Source: a virus (lineage: Duplodnaviria > Caudoviricetes). Taken from it: a stretch of DNA of 52,062 nucleotides. Below, piece after piece: positions 35,792-43,989 of the stretch. The notes below the pieces were generated by a model, which worked only from the letters and a program-made list of their open reading frames with translations, was not told where the DNA came from and made no database searches. The DNA lies in the IMG/VR virus record IMGVR_UViG_3300031576_000061, positions 1-52,062 of that record, one strand, 5' to 3'. Every line of letters begins with the position of its first letter. Positions within the stretch are counted from its first letter, which is position 1. Both the position numbers and the translations under genes were made by a program.

Positions 35792-36243
35792 AATTGTCCC
35801 TCCCGTCGTCCGATGTCGGGATCAGGCCACGGTGCCTTCGGGTCGTATAGGTCCTGGTAGAACTTGATCTCATCACACCGCCCGTGCCCGCCGATGTCCA
35901 CGTACACTTTGTCAGGGTTCTCGTCGAAGTTCAGATCCACCAGCCACATGAACGGGAAGGGATCATGGGTCATCTCGCCATTCTCGTCGTAGCCGTCGAT
36001 GTAGCTGATGGCCTCGATGTCAGCAAGCCCGTCGCGATTCGTGTCGTACCACTCACTCACCGTGTTGTTGGGGTTCACGGTCTCCGCGATCTTGTCAGCT
36101 TCCTCGTACGTCAGGTTGCGGTCGCACTTGATGATCTGATCGTTATGGACCAGCTGGGCCTGTGCCGTGTCGTGGCAGTAGGCACAGCCCAGCAACAATA
36201 CCAGGACCGTCAGCGTGAACGCATAGAGCCGGGCGTGTGGCAC
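35788..36243 (-). CDS. Exported acidic protein with Dx[DN]xDG-like loops
   Basis: Signal/lipobox LLLGC; DTNRDGLAD, DLNFDENPD, DIGGHGRCD. Confidence 0.7.
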   Translation of the reverse strand: MPHARLYAFTLTVLVLLLGCAYCHDTAQAQLVHNDQIIKCDRNLTYEEADKIAETVNPNNTVSEWYDTNRDGLADIEAISYIDGYDENGEMTHDPFPFMWLVDLNFDENPDKVYVDIGGHGRCDEIKFYQDLYDPKAPWPDPDIGRREGQL

Positions 36244-36339
36244 GAATCACCTCAGTCATTTATACCGTACGGGTAAAGAGGGCCAGCCCCGGGCGCGACA
36301 CCGGGGAACAGTGGGTATTCAGTGAGTACCGAGTAACTT

Positions 36340-36540
36340 TCAATTTGGGCTCACCTCCACATGCAATGGGGCTTGTTCACCCCAGGCTTTTCGTACCTCA
36401 TGCGCCCGCACGGTCTCGTCATGCGTCAGCGGCTTGGTGCACCGTAGCTCACTACAGACCGCGTATGGCCGGGGCGCACAGCTAGTCGCTATACATATTG
36501 ACATAAGCGCCACTATCGAGGAGAGTGTAGTAAAGTTCAC
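36340..36540 (-). CDS. Small lipoprotein, paralogue 2
   Basis: IATS-C lipobox; CAPRPYAVC...CTKPLTHDE; GGAGG RBS. Confidence 0.6.
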   Translation of the reverse strand: MNFTTLSSIVALMSICIATSCAPRPYAVCSELRCTKPLTHDETVRAHEVRKAWGEQAPLHVEVSPN

Positions 36541-36703
36541 TGGCTTCCTCCACAGTTAATTGTGTAGCACACGTTGGCTTCTCCGTCGTCAAGGTGTAAC
36601 AGACACTGTACTGCCGAGGTGTCGTACACCCGCCCATCAACGCAACCCCGATAATCAACGCCGCCACCCATAGGCAGACAGTACTGATCCATTCAACAGT
36701 CAT
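36482..36703 (-). CDS. Small lipoprotein, paralogue 1
   Basis: LMGG-C lipobox; CTTPRQYSVC...CATQLTVEE. Confidence 0.6.
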   Translation of the reverse strand: MTVEWISTVCLWVAALIIGVALMGGCTTPRQYSVCYTLTTEKPTCATQLTVEEASELYYTLLDSGAYVNMYSD

Positions 36704-36860
36704 GGCTCTCCCCCTCTCGAATGATCCCTGTTCCCTTACAAGCTTCGCAGGGATAGCACGAGGTGTTATTGGAGCCCCAGGACTGTTGATCCCCCGCGAC
36801 CCACGGGGGGCGCTGGACTGTTCCTGCACCTGTACAAACCGGGCATTTGTGAAGTGTCAT
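36693..36860 (-). CDS. Stand-alone DnaJ-type Zn finger
   Basis: CPVCTGAG ... CEACKGTG (two CxxCxGxG). Confidence 0.75.
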   Translation of the reverse strand: MTLHKCPVCTGAGTVQRPPWVAGDQQSWGSNNTSCYPCEACKGTGIIREGESHDC

Positions 36861-37336
36861 GGCTCCACCCCCCATCGTATCAGCGTCACCTTCAACGTTT
36901 GCCGCCCCCACTGTTTCGCTTCCTTGACCGCAGACGGGCCCTGCCCCATAAATACATCCAGCCACCGTCCTCCCTCACCCCGACCACCCTTGTCCGCCAC
37001 TTCGCACCGCCCATAGCCCGGAATATAGAACACAGTTCCTCTGGGCCATATGTCCCAATGAGCCGCACATAGACCGCGTTTGGGTACTTGCCCACTCGCC
37101 GTTTTGTTATGCCACGCTGGGTTGTAGCCATGATCGCACTCCGTTGGACGCTTGTTGTAGACACAATAGGCTGTCACAACCATGTCAAGTTGGATGCCAA
37201 TCGTCGCCGGAGCCGGGGGGCCAATGAACGCGGGTTCATGCCCCTCACAGCGTGCCGCCCACAGCAGGAGCGCCGCCGCGACCGCCCATGGCACGATGAC
37301 GAGCCAGTACCACAGGGCCTTCACTGGCGGCCTCAT
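36857..37336 (-). CDS. 3D-domain (MltA-like) cell-wall protein with N-terminal anchor
   Basis: VTAYC, KTASG, PRGTVFYIPGYG..EVADKGG, LDVFM, AKQWGRQ. Confidence 0.85.
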   Translation of the reverse strand: MRPPVKALWYWLVIVPWAVAAALLLWAARCEGHEPAFIGPPAPATIGIQLDMVVTAYCVYNKRPTECDHGYNPAWHNKTASGQVPKRGLCAAHWDIWPRGTVFYIPGYGRCEVADKGGRGEGGRWLDVFMGQGPSAVKEAKQWGRQTLKVTLIRWGVEP

Positions 37337-37626
37337 GCCTTGCGCCGCCGTTTGGTTGTTTGAGGCTTCGCCAGCACTGACGGCGCGGGATACATGAACG
37401 CCTCCATCCCGCGGAGCATCATGTCAAACAGCGCGTCCTTGTTCTTCCCTTCCTCAAGGAATGCTGGCAACGTGCGCCAGCAGTTCGCGCCCATCACCAC
37501 AACCGGGAGCGCGGTCGTGATGTCCGCCATCGGGAACGTCGTATGCCCCCGCGCCTCCAGCTTAGAAATAATTGCCGGTGGCGTCGGGCTGGACAGGATG
37601 ATCGCTAGGGGTCGTGGTTGCTTCAT
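37333..37626 (-). CDS. Hypothetical protein
   Basis: GGAGG RBS; coupled to the 3D gene. Confidence 0.65.
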   Translation of the reverse strand: MKQPRPLAIILSSPTPPAIISKLEARGHTTFPMADITTALPVVVMGANCWRTLPAFLEEGKNKDALFDMMLRGMEAFMYPAPSVLAKPQTTKRRRKA

Positions 37627-37879
37627 GTTCGTCCCTCCGTTTGTAGTAGGCGCACAGTCGAGCGGCCACTTCGGCGATGGTTAAGTCTACACTCGTGACA
37701 CGGCGCGCGCAACCCATCCGCGGCACGATCTCGTCAAGCTCCGTGACGAAGCCGTTGCTGACTTCCTTCACCGTGATGACGGTCATGTACTTGGGGATCG
37801 GCTCGACGCTGAACTGAGTGTCAAGCTTGCCCATCACTTGCGCCAGCGCCTTCATGTCAGGCAGGTCATTGGCTTCCAT
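37562..37879 (-). CDS. Hypothetical protein
   Basis: GGGAG RBS; ITVKEVSNGFV. Confidence 0.6.
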   Translation of the reverse strand: MEANDLPDMKALAQVMGKLDTQFSVEPIPKYMTVITVKEVSNGFVTELDEIVPRMGCARRVTSVDLTIAEVAARLCAYYKRRDEHEATTTPSDHPVQPDATGNYF

Positions 37880-38784
37880 GCGTACTCCCTTCCTGTGTCA
37901 TCAGCGATGTAGAACGTTGCCGGGAACGCAGTAAGCCGACCGCTGATTGTTCGTGAGCGGGTTGCAAGTTGTGCAGCACCCACGAGGTGCGCGTGTATTG
38001 TGGGATCAGTTGGAGCGCCACCCAGGACATCCCATTTATGTGAATCGTGCATGCCCCAACGGAATTGTAGGCTCCCAACGTGTTGCGTTGCAATATCATA
38101 CAACACATCCTCGTAGATGTCCATACAGCCACCCTGCATGGGGTGGTTCATGGCCTGGCGCGCCGCTTCCTCGCCCGTCTCGATCAGGGTACGCCGTCGT
38201 CCGCAGAACGTGTAGATCGTGCCCCGTTTTGCTGCGTGAACCGCGCAACAACGCTGGAACGCGCGCACGGCAGGATGCGCGTTCAGCCAGTTCTCACTCG
38301 CTTGGACGAGGCCACGAATATCGAGTCCGAGATGCACCACCCCTGGGATATCGGTGCAGGTATCTGGGCGTGCTCCATAGAGCAGTCGATAGACAAACCG
38401 TTTGGCAAATGTACGGCGCATGTCCTTTTTTCCATGCCAGTCAATTCGATCAGCCCACCGCGCTGTTGCATCGTCGGCCAGATTGAACGGGTCAACTGGA
38501 TTTGGGGGCGGCTGTAATCGAAAGATCTCACAGGCAGACAGCGTGTGCACGTCATAACCCCTCTCGAAGGCGTCGATTAACGGACGGTCGTGTGCCTCGC
38601 TCGCGACGATCCGTAGCTCGATCTGATCCCAGTCGTACCCCCACTCCCACCCGCCCACTTCGGGAAGCACGAGCTTCCGTAAGTCCTCCGGCAGTTGTGC
38701 AAGCGGCGGATGGACCGTGCTGTGCCGACCACTGACCTGTGTATGGACCTGGATCTCTGGATAGCACCGTTCGACGATCTTCAC
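37852..38784 (-). CDS. DNA polymerase family A, C-terminal (palm/fingers) part
   Basis: TQVSGRHST..PPLAQLP, motif A DWDQIELR, motif B RTFAKRFVYRLLYG, RQAMNHPMQG, motif C MHDS. Confidence 0.9.
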   Translation of the reverse strand: MKIVERCYPEIQVHTQVSGRHSTVHPPLAQLPEDLRKLVLPEVGGWEWGYDWDQIELRIVASEAHDRPLIDAFERGYDVHTLSACEIFRLQPPPNPVDPFNLADDATARWADRIDWHGKKDMRRTFAKRFVYRLLYGARPDTCTDIPGVVHLGLDIRGLVQASENWLNAHPAVRAFQRCCAVHAAKRGTIYTFCGRRRTLIETGEEAARQAMNHPMQGGCMDIYEDVLYDIATQHVGSLQFRWGMHDSHKWDVLGGAPTDPTIHAHLVGAAQLATRSRTISGRLTAFPATFYIADDTGREYAWKPMTCLT

Positions 38785-38993
38785 AGTTGAATCGCGTTCG
38801 GCGTGCTATCAGCGGCCTCTGCCGAGACCACCGTCAGCATGATCGCGTCATTATTCAGGTCCATGTACATGTGGAGGTGTGTGTCAGTTCCCTCCAAGGC
38901 CTTCATCGGAACCACCGCCTGGCCCCCCATGTTCATCACCATGTAGCGTAGGACGTGCTTCACGAGTGCGAACACTGCTTCCTGTTGCGTCAC
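38781..38993 (-). CDS. Hypothetical 70-aa protein between the polymerase halves
   Basis: GGTGGA RBS-like; stop GTGA-coupled to the start of the polymerase C-terminal part. Confidence 0.6.
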   Translation of the reverse strand: MTQQEAVFALVKHVLRYMVMNMGGQAVVPMKALEGTDTHLHMYMDLNNDAIMLTVVSAEAADSTPNAIQL

Positions 38994-40608
38994 GTTCCAC
39001 CAATGGTTTCAGGTAATATGAGACCGTCTGTTGCAACTGACTTTTCATCGCCCTGAGTTCGAGTAAGGGGTGGGCACCCTGCTTGATTCGATCCAGCAAG
39101 TAGGCGACAGTAAATCCTCGCTTCTCTGTATCTGCATCGAAAGCGCAAAACTTCCGTCGCTCCTCCGCGATAGTGTCACGGTTGATCGACACGACGTCGA
39201 TCCGATCGTACTCGCGCAAATGCTGCGCGACCTGTCCATTTGGACCAGGCGACATGAGATTGATGGGGTAGCCACAGTACGCCTCCGCGAGTTGTCCACA
39301 AAACGCCAGTCGCACGCCGTAGTCGGTCAGCATGGCCTCGACGAGCGGCTGGTTGACGCGTAGGCCGAGTGCCTCACGCTCCATGATGATCGGCAACAGC
39401 CGCCGCTTCCGTTCGTACGTCGCTTCCACCTGCGCGTCGAGCGTCAGTTGATACTTCAGCTTCCGGATGATCTCGACAGACTCAATGATGTCACCCCAAT
39501 TATACAGGAGTGGGTCAGTTTTGCTTAAATGTTTGAGCTTGACATATTCTCCAAGTACGCTCGCGACGTATTCGAGGCGATGCTCATAGTCACTCCAGAG
39601 AACGTGGTGGAGGTACATACCGTCGTCCATGTGACGGTAGCCGGTGACTTCGATCCCCATGGCCCTTCGAAGAACCGGTACGTCGGCTTTCGCGTTCCAG
39701 AACCAGACAGGTTTGGAAGCAGCCAATCTGGCGAATTGCGAAACAAAACGCGCTCGGGTGCCTGGGGCGGCAGTGGAACGGCACCAGACAACTTGGCCAC
39801 CCACAACAGTTCCCCCCGCGGCGGGTCCCCCAATTCCAACCAGCTGAAGTATCCGCGTTTTAACACCATACTCGGTATCCACGACCACCCAAGGGGTCGC
39901 CTTCAATGAGGCAAAGATTTGATCGACGTCTTTAGGTGTCTGCGCGACTATCCGGTCGGGGATTGGCTTGGGCCATGTACCCATAAGAAGTTTACCGATG
40001 CGTGCCCAGTCCAGTCGTGAGGGTACGAGGAGGCTACGATCTCGAAACAAGTCGGCAGGGTGGACAACGCAAAATGTCGTCTGATGTGCAAATTGGGTCG
40101 GAATGAGGTACCCTCGATACTCCGATACGTGGGCAGGCTTGCCAGCCGGGTTCCTGACCTGGGCACCACCGAGTTTATTAAACGCATACGCTCCCATCGC
40201 CACAACGACCTGCGTCTGTGGCGGGACGTGAAAGTATTGATCGCAACAGGCCACCGCGTCGGCCAGCATCTTGCCCTTGGGCATGCGATTCGACCGCTTG
40301 CCGTTGACGACCAACCGACACTTCAGCACGTTCATCAGGTTGACCTGATCGCGCCTCAGCCCCGCCAGCGGCAACCACGTATGATCGACGCTATACCCGG
40401 TCGCGCCGACTAACGGTTGTGGAGTACACGGCTCGTAGAATGGTTTCCCCCCAATGTACTCCACAACTCGTCGGCCTATTTCCTCGTCCACGCCAGGGTT
40501 CTGCGCGACGAGGGTGACACGTGCGTCCGTTTGGATCAGGTCAGGGACGAATCCTTTCATGTCACCTGCCAGCGGGCAGCCTTTACACGTGTCAGGCTTT
40601 GGTAGCAC
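38884..40608 (-). CDS. DNA polymerase family A, N-terminal part: UDG family 4-like domain, 3'-5' exonuclease and thumb
   Basis: CKGCPL, AQNPG..E, PLVGATG, NVLKC, VVAMGAYA, VHPA (UDG4/SPO1-type); Exo I DTE, Exo II NAKAD, Exo III YNWGD; MEREALGLRVN. Confidence 0.88.
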   Translation of the reverse strand: MLPKPDTCKGCPLAGDMKGFVPDLIQTDARVTLVAQNPGVDEEIGRRVVEYIGGKPFYEPCTPQPLVGATGYSVDHTWLPLAGLRRDQVNLMNVLKCRLVVNGKRSNRMPKGKMLADAVACCDQYFHVPPQTQVVVAMGAYAFNKLGGAQVRNPAGKPAHVSEYRGYLIPTQFAHQTTFCVVHPADLFRDRSLLVPSRLDWARIGKLLMGTWPKPIPDRIVAQTPKDVDQIFASLKATPWVVVDTEYGVKTRILQLVGIGGPAAGGTVVGGQVVWCRSTAAPGTRARFVSQFARLAASKPVWFWNAKADVPVLRRAMGIEVTGYRHMDDGMYLHHVLWSDYEHRLEYVASVLGEYVKLKHLSKTDPLLYNWGDIIESVEIIRKLKYQLTLDAQVEATYERKRRLLPIIMEREALGLRVNQPLVEAMLTDYGVRLAFCGQLAEAYCGYPINLMSPGPNGQVAQHLREYDRIDVVSINRDTIAEERRKFCAFDADTEKRGFTVAYLLDRIKQGAHPLLELRAMKSQLQQTVSYYLKPLVERDATGSSVRTREARPTLHGDEHGGPGGGSDEGLGGN

Positions 40609-40774
40609 AACGGTACCAACTCAGCCAGTGATAGCCCGCGCAGATGTGGAATTGGCTCACGGCAATTTCGCCGTCAATCGTTCTGGGCAACCAAACAGTG
40701 TCAGCGTTCCACCGGGACTGGTGAAGACGAAACCCAACCGTTGGGACAGTATGGTACCGTTCCAGTAACATCAT
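40592..40774 (-). CDS. Hypothetical protein
   Basis: ATGA-coupled ORF filling the gap before the polymerase. Confidence 0.4.
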   Translation of the reverse strand: MMLLERYHTVPTVGFRLHQSRWNADTVWLPRTIDGEIAVSQFHICAGYHWLSWYRCATKA

Positions 40775-41316
40775 TTCGCTGTGTACGGCTTGATGCTCCG
40801 AATCACGTTGCTCTCGGGCATGTCCTTGCCCGTGTTGGTCTTCCACGCCCTGTTCTTGCCGATGTGGATCACGACCATGTGATTCACGTACCAATCCAGC
40901 AACTCCGGCGTCGTCGTCACGTTCGCGCCATTCAGGAGCGCCGCCTTGGTCATCAGCCCACCGTTGACGCTCTCGGTGATGAGCTTGCCCTTGTCGTTCA
41001 CGATCACGTCGAAGCACGCACGGAAGGCGTATCCCTTGGGTGCGTCGAACTCCACGACCGGGTCACTCTCGCGGATCGTCCGTCCCAGCAGTTTGAAGCT
41101 GAACATCCCCACCGGCACGCCGTACAACTTGTTGGCAAAGGTGCCGCTGCCGTCCTTGCGTGTGAACTCTTCGATGTCGCTCTTAAACACCGTATGCTTG
41201 CTGTACTGCGCCACGTAATAGCCCTCATCCCAGACGAAGGTCTGTTGAGCGGCAGCCTTGTTCGCCAGGTCGGTATTCAGTTGTTCTCCAAATGCGGCAA
41301 TCATCTCGTCTGACAT
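40771..41316 (-). CDS. Putative single-stranded DNA-binding protein (OB fold)
   Basis: AAGGAG RBS; EGYYVAQ start and SNVIRSIKP end; sits next to a Sak4-type ATPase. Confidence 0.55.
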   Translation of the reverse strand: MSDEMIAAFGEQLNTDLANKAAAQQTFVWDEGYYVAQYSKHTVFKSDIEEFTRKDGSGTFANKLYGVPVGMFSFKLLGRTIRESDPVVEFDAPKGYAFRACFDVIVNDKGKLITESVNGGLMTKAALLNGANVTTTPELLDWYVNHMVVIHIGKNRAWKTNTGKDMPESNVIRSIKPYTAK

Positions 41317-41349
41317 GTGTCTGTTCTCCTTGTGAAGGACCCTGGTTAA

Positions 41350-41415
41350 CTACTTCGCAAACCCTGTCGGCACCGTCAACAGCCCGATGAGAACCGCGAT
41401 ACCCCATGCGTACAT
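41350..41415 (-). CDS. 21-aa hydrophobic micropeptide
   Basis: AAAGGAGG RBS; MYAWGIAVLIGLLTVPTGFAK. Confidence 0.5.
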   Translation of the reverse strand: MYAWGIAVLIGLLTVPTGFAK

Positions 41416-41452
41416 TGACCCCTCCTTTATGTTAAGAACCACCGAACTACGA

Positions 41453-41647
41453 CTATCCTTTAAACGTACAGTTTTGCACCGTCACGTTCTTCACCCCCGT
41501 CACCTCCGTAAACGCGTGTAAGGCTGCGATCAGAACGCTGGAGTCACGGTTCATTTTCAGAATCTCCATCACGGCCTTGCGCGCCTCCATCACCGCTCCA
41601 TACGTCGGTCCGATGTTAATCATAGCGGCATCCCGTGTCTTCTTCAT
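41453..41647 (-). CDS. Hypothetical protein
   Basis: AAGGAGG RBS, ATGA-coupled. Confidence 0.65.
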   Translation of the reverse strand: MKKTRDAAMINIGPTYGAVMEARKAVMEILKMNRDSSVLIAALHAFTEVTGVKNVTVQNCTFKG

Positions 41648-42480
41648 GATACGCCCTCCTTATGAACCTCACTCCACGCCTTGGTGATCTGCTCGGTCAA
41701 TAGCCTGTCCAGCACGTCAAAGTCCTGCGCGATCGTGGCCGGTAGTTTCAGCTTCGAGACGAGATCACGCGGAATCTTGCGCCCCGCACTTTCAACATCA
41801 CCTTGGCTGTCCAAGTGCCACCGGAACTGTTTGCCCTCACCGCTCCCCATGACGTAGTTGTGCAGCACGAACGCGAACTCGCCCATGATATCACGTCCCA
41901 TCTTGCCAGGCAAGCCAACATAGACTGATCTCGGGCTCTCCTTGGTGGGCTTCTCCACCTGGCTGTCCACCTTCACCCCATCCCAACAGGTCCAGATGCG
42001 GTACTTGATGTTGGAGCGGTTCACAAGGTCCACGAATTCACTAAATTCTTCGTGAGACTCGCCGTACTTCTTTCCTACGAACTTGTCTTCGACGTTCTTG
42101 GACGACCCGCCACAATTAGCCCGAAAGATGGTATCGTAGAGTTTGTGTGCGCCGTCCGGGACGAGCGTCGTCACGTCTCCATGCTTACCCGCAATGATGT
42201 CCCGAATAAGTTTACGGACCGCTTCCACTTCATTCCGGTAGCTCACCCCCTCCTTGTTGGGGTCCAGGTCGAACTTGAAGTGTTTGATTGGCAACCCGTC
42301 ACGACCCTTAATAGGGACACTCGCGTCGCCCTTCTCCTGTGGCAGAGTGATGACGATCGTCGGCCCAGGTGCCGTCCAGATCGCGCCAGTCTTGCCGCTG
42401 TTCGGCGGGCCGTTCTCCAGGTAGCATCGGCTCGCATGCAGCACACGCGCTAACGATGCCGTGACATCAATCAGGCTCAT
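41644..42480 (-). CDS. AAA_24 / Sak4-like recombinase ATPase
   Basis: Walker A GPPNSGKT, TLVPDG, LPGKMGRDIMGEFAFVL. Confidence 0.78.
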   Translation of the reverse strand: MSLIDVTASLARVLHASRCYLENGPPNSGKTGAIWTAPGPTIVITLPQEKGDASVPIKGRDGLPIKHFKFDLDPNKEGVSYRNEVEAVRKLIRDIIAGKHGDVTTLVPDGAHKLYDTIFRANCGGSSKNVEDKFVGKKYGESHEEFSEFVDLVNRSNIKYRIWTCWDGVKVDSQVEKPTKESPRSVYVGLPGKMGRDIMGEFAFVLHNYVMGSGEGKQFRWHLDSQGDVESAGRKIPRDLVSKLKLPATIAQDFDVLDRLLTEQITKAWSEVHKEGVS

Positions 42481-43342
42481 GTGGTTCCTCCTTAAGCGCT
42501 ACACGTTTTGGCCTCTCGATCTGCACCAGGTTCGCCGTCATGTGCGCGGAGTCAAGCCCAACACTACAAGCTTCACTCCAATAGGTACATTCGCCGTACT
42601 CATTACTATGTGAAGTGTTTCCCCGAAGTTGCTCCAGTGAGCTATGCTCATGCACTTCCATTTCGGCCCAGAGTCGTACAGCGTCTCGTAGCCATAGTTG
42701 TTTGTATCGTGGGTCCACTTGGATAATTTCATAGTATACACCTTGTCGGGTTCGGGGGCAAATGAGTGCCGCGGCAAACCGATCGGCGCCACGGGTGATC
42801 GCGTAGTGGTGAAGCTGCCAGGAACGCGCCCATACCGACTGCTCCTTCTTCACCCACTCCGCCACGAGGTTCAGCTTGGTCTTGAAATCAACAACGAGTA
42901 TTCCCCGCTCATCGCGGAGAATGAGATCAGTTCGATCGTGGAACGCTCCGGACTCTTCAACGCTTTCCACAGTATAACCCCGGAAGGGGTCCACGCGTCG
43001 GTGTGTGGTGAGTACGGACTCCACAGACTCTGGTATCCGCTCCCATCGGTCTCGCTCCTTGATAGTAACATACCTCGCTCCATTTGCCAAGGCCGCTGTC
43101 ATCTCGACCTTCGCCACGTCAAGGGCGACGGTCGTGCAGACAGACGGCTCTACAGGTTGGTTGATTCGCCTCGCCTTATAGAACACTTCAAGACCCGCCG
43201 CGACACTGGTCCCGACCATCGCCGCGATCTCGGGGTATTCGATCCCCCTCGGCTTGTAGTTGGCCTTCCGCAGGCCCCAGTATCGTGGGCAGAAGCTGTA
43301 ATCCTGTGTCTGTGATGGGCTAAACGAGCGCGGTATACTCAT
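42467..43342 (-). CDS. PD-(D/E)XK exonuclease (RecB/Cas4-like)
   Basis: FSPSQ...FCPR, RTDLIL...VVDFKT, QLHHY, CTYWSEAC. Confidence 0.85.
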   Translation of the reverse strand: MSIPRSFSPSQTQDYSFCPRYWGLRKANYKPRGIEYPEIAAMVGTSVAAGLEVFYKARRINQPVEPSVCTTVALDVAKVEMTAALANGARYVTIKERDRWERIPESVESVLTTHRRVDPFRGYTVESVEESGAFHDRTDLILRDERGILVVDFKTKLNLVAEWVKKEQSVWARSWQLHHYAITRGADRFAAALICPRTRQGVYYEIIQVDPRYKQLWLRDAVRLWAEMEVHEHSSLEQLRGNTSHSNEYGECTYWSEACSVGLDSAHMTANLVQIERPKRVALKEEPHEPD

Positions 43343-43401
43343 AGCTAACCTCCAGGTGGACTCAGGTACTTCACGACGGCCTTCGCGGTCAGCAAGGTAT
43401 G

Positions 43402-43863
43402 CTATAGCGTACGTCCATCAAAGTCACGCTTTAAGAGGGCTACGACCTTTTCGGCGCTTTCGAGAGTGTTGGTTCCGATTTTGTTACGGTTGCACGCATG
43501 GCAGGCGAGACAACGGACACGTCCCGTCTTATGATCGTGTTCGATGGCGAGGTTTCGTGTCTTTGGCGGGTGCCCACAGATAGCACAGACACCGCCTTGT
43601 AATACAAACAGCTTCTGGTACTGCGCTTCCGTGATCCCGTATTTTCGTAATAGGTACGCGGTATTACGTTCCCTTTGGTATAGCGAGTGGCACGGTCTAC
43701 AGTACCCAGACCGCTGTGTGCGGTCACGATACTGTCCCTTTGGGGAGAACTCGCTGATAAACTTGACTCTCCCACACTTTGGGCAGGCCTTCGTCATACT
43801 CTGCTGCTCTCTGTAAGAAGCAGATATTCGATTCTTGTGTCTTTTTGTCTCGGCGCCACTCAT
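43402..43863 (-). CDS. Recombination endonuclease VII family nuclease
   Basis: KYGITEAQY...QGGVCAICG...IEHDHKTGRVRCLACHACN; N-terminal CPKC/CRPC. Confidence 0.88.
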   Translation of the reverse strand: MSGAETKRHKNRISASYREQQSMTKACPKCGRVKFISEFSPKGQYRDRTQRSGYCRPCHSLYQRERNTAYLLRKYGITEAQYQKLFVLQGGVCAICGHPPKTRNLAIEHDHKTGRVRCLACHACNRNKIGTNTLESAEKVVALLKRDFDGRTL

Positions 43864-43930
43864 ACTGTCTCCTTTTAAACACACTGGCGAGCGTTTCGGT
43901 CGTACATGATGCTAAAATGGTATCACATTT

Positions 43931-43989
43931 ACCCTCACCCTCAACCCTCAGTGTAGTATACCTGAGGGTATACTCGACTGAGGCCTCAG
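43931..43989. repeat. Cluster of ACCCTCA repeats and palindromes
   Basis: ACCCTCA x3 direct plus one inverted copy; GTATACC-TGAG-GGTATAC; CTGAGGCCTCAG. Confidence 0.6.

Noticed and set aside
38785-38886. Stop-codon readthrough or genetic-code reassignment joining the polymerase halves
   Set aside because: The shared frame contains TGA, TAA, TGA, TGA and TAG, and other genes end normally on all three stop codons.
42467-43342. Cas4 as part of a CRISPR system
   Set aside because: No array or other cas genes; its context is a Sak4/SSB recombination module.
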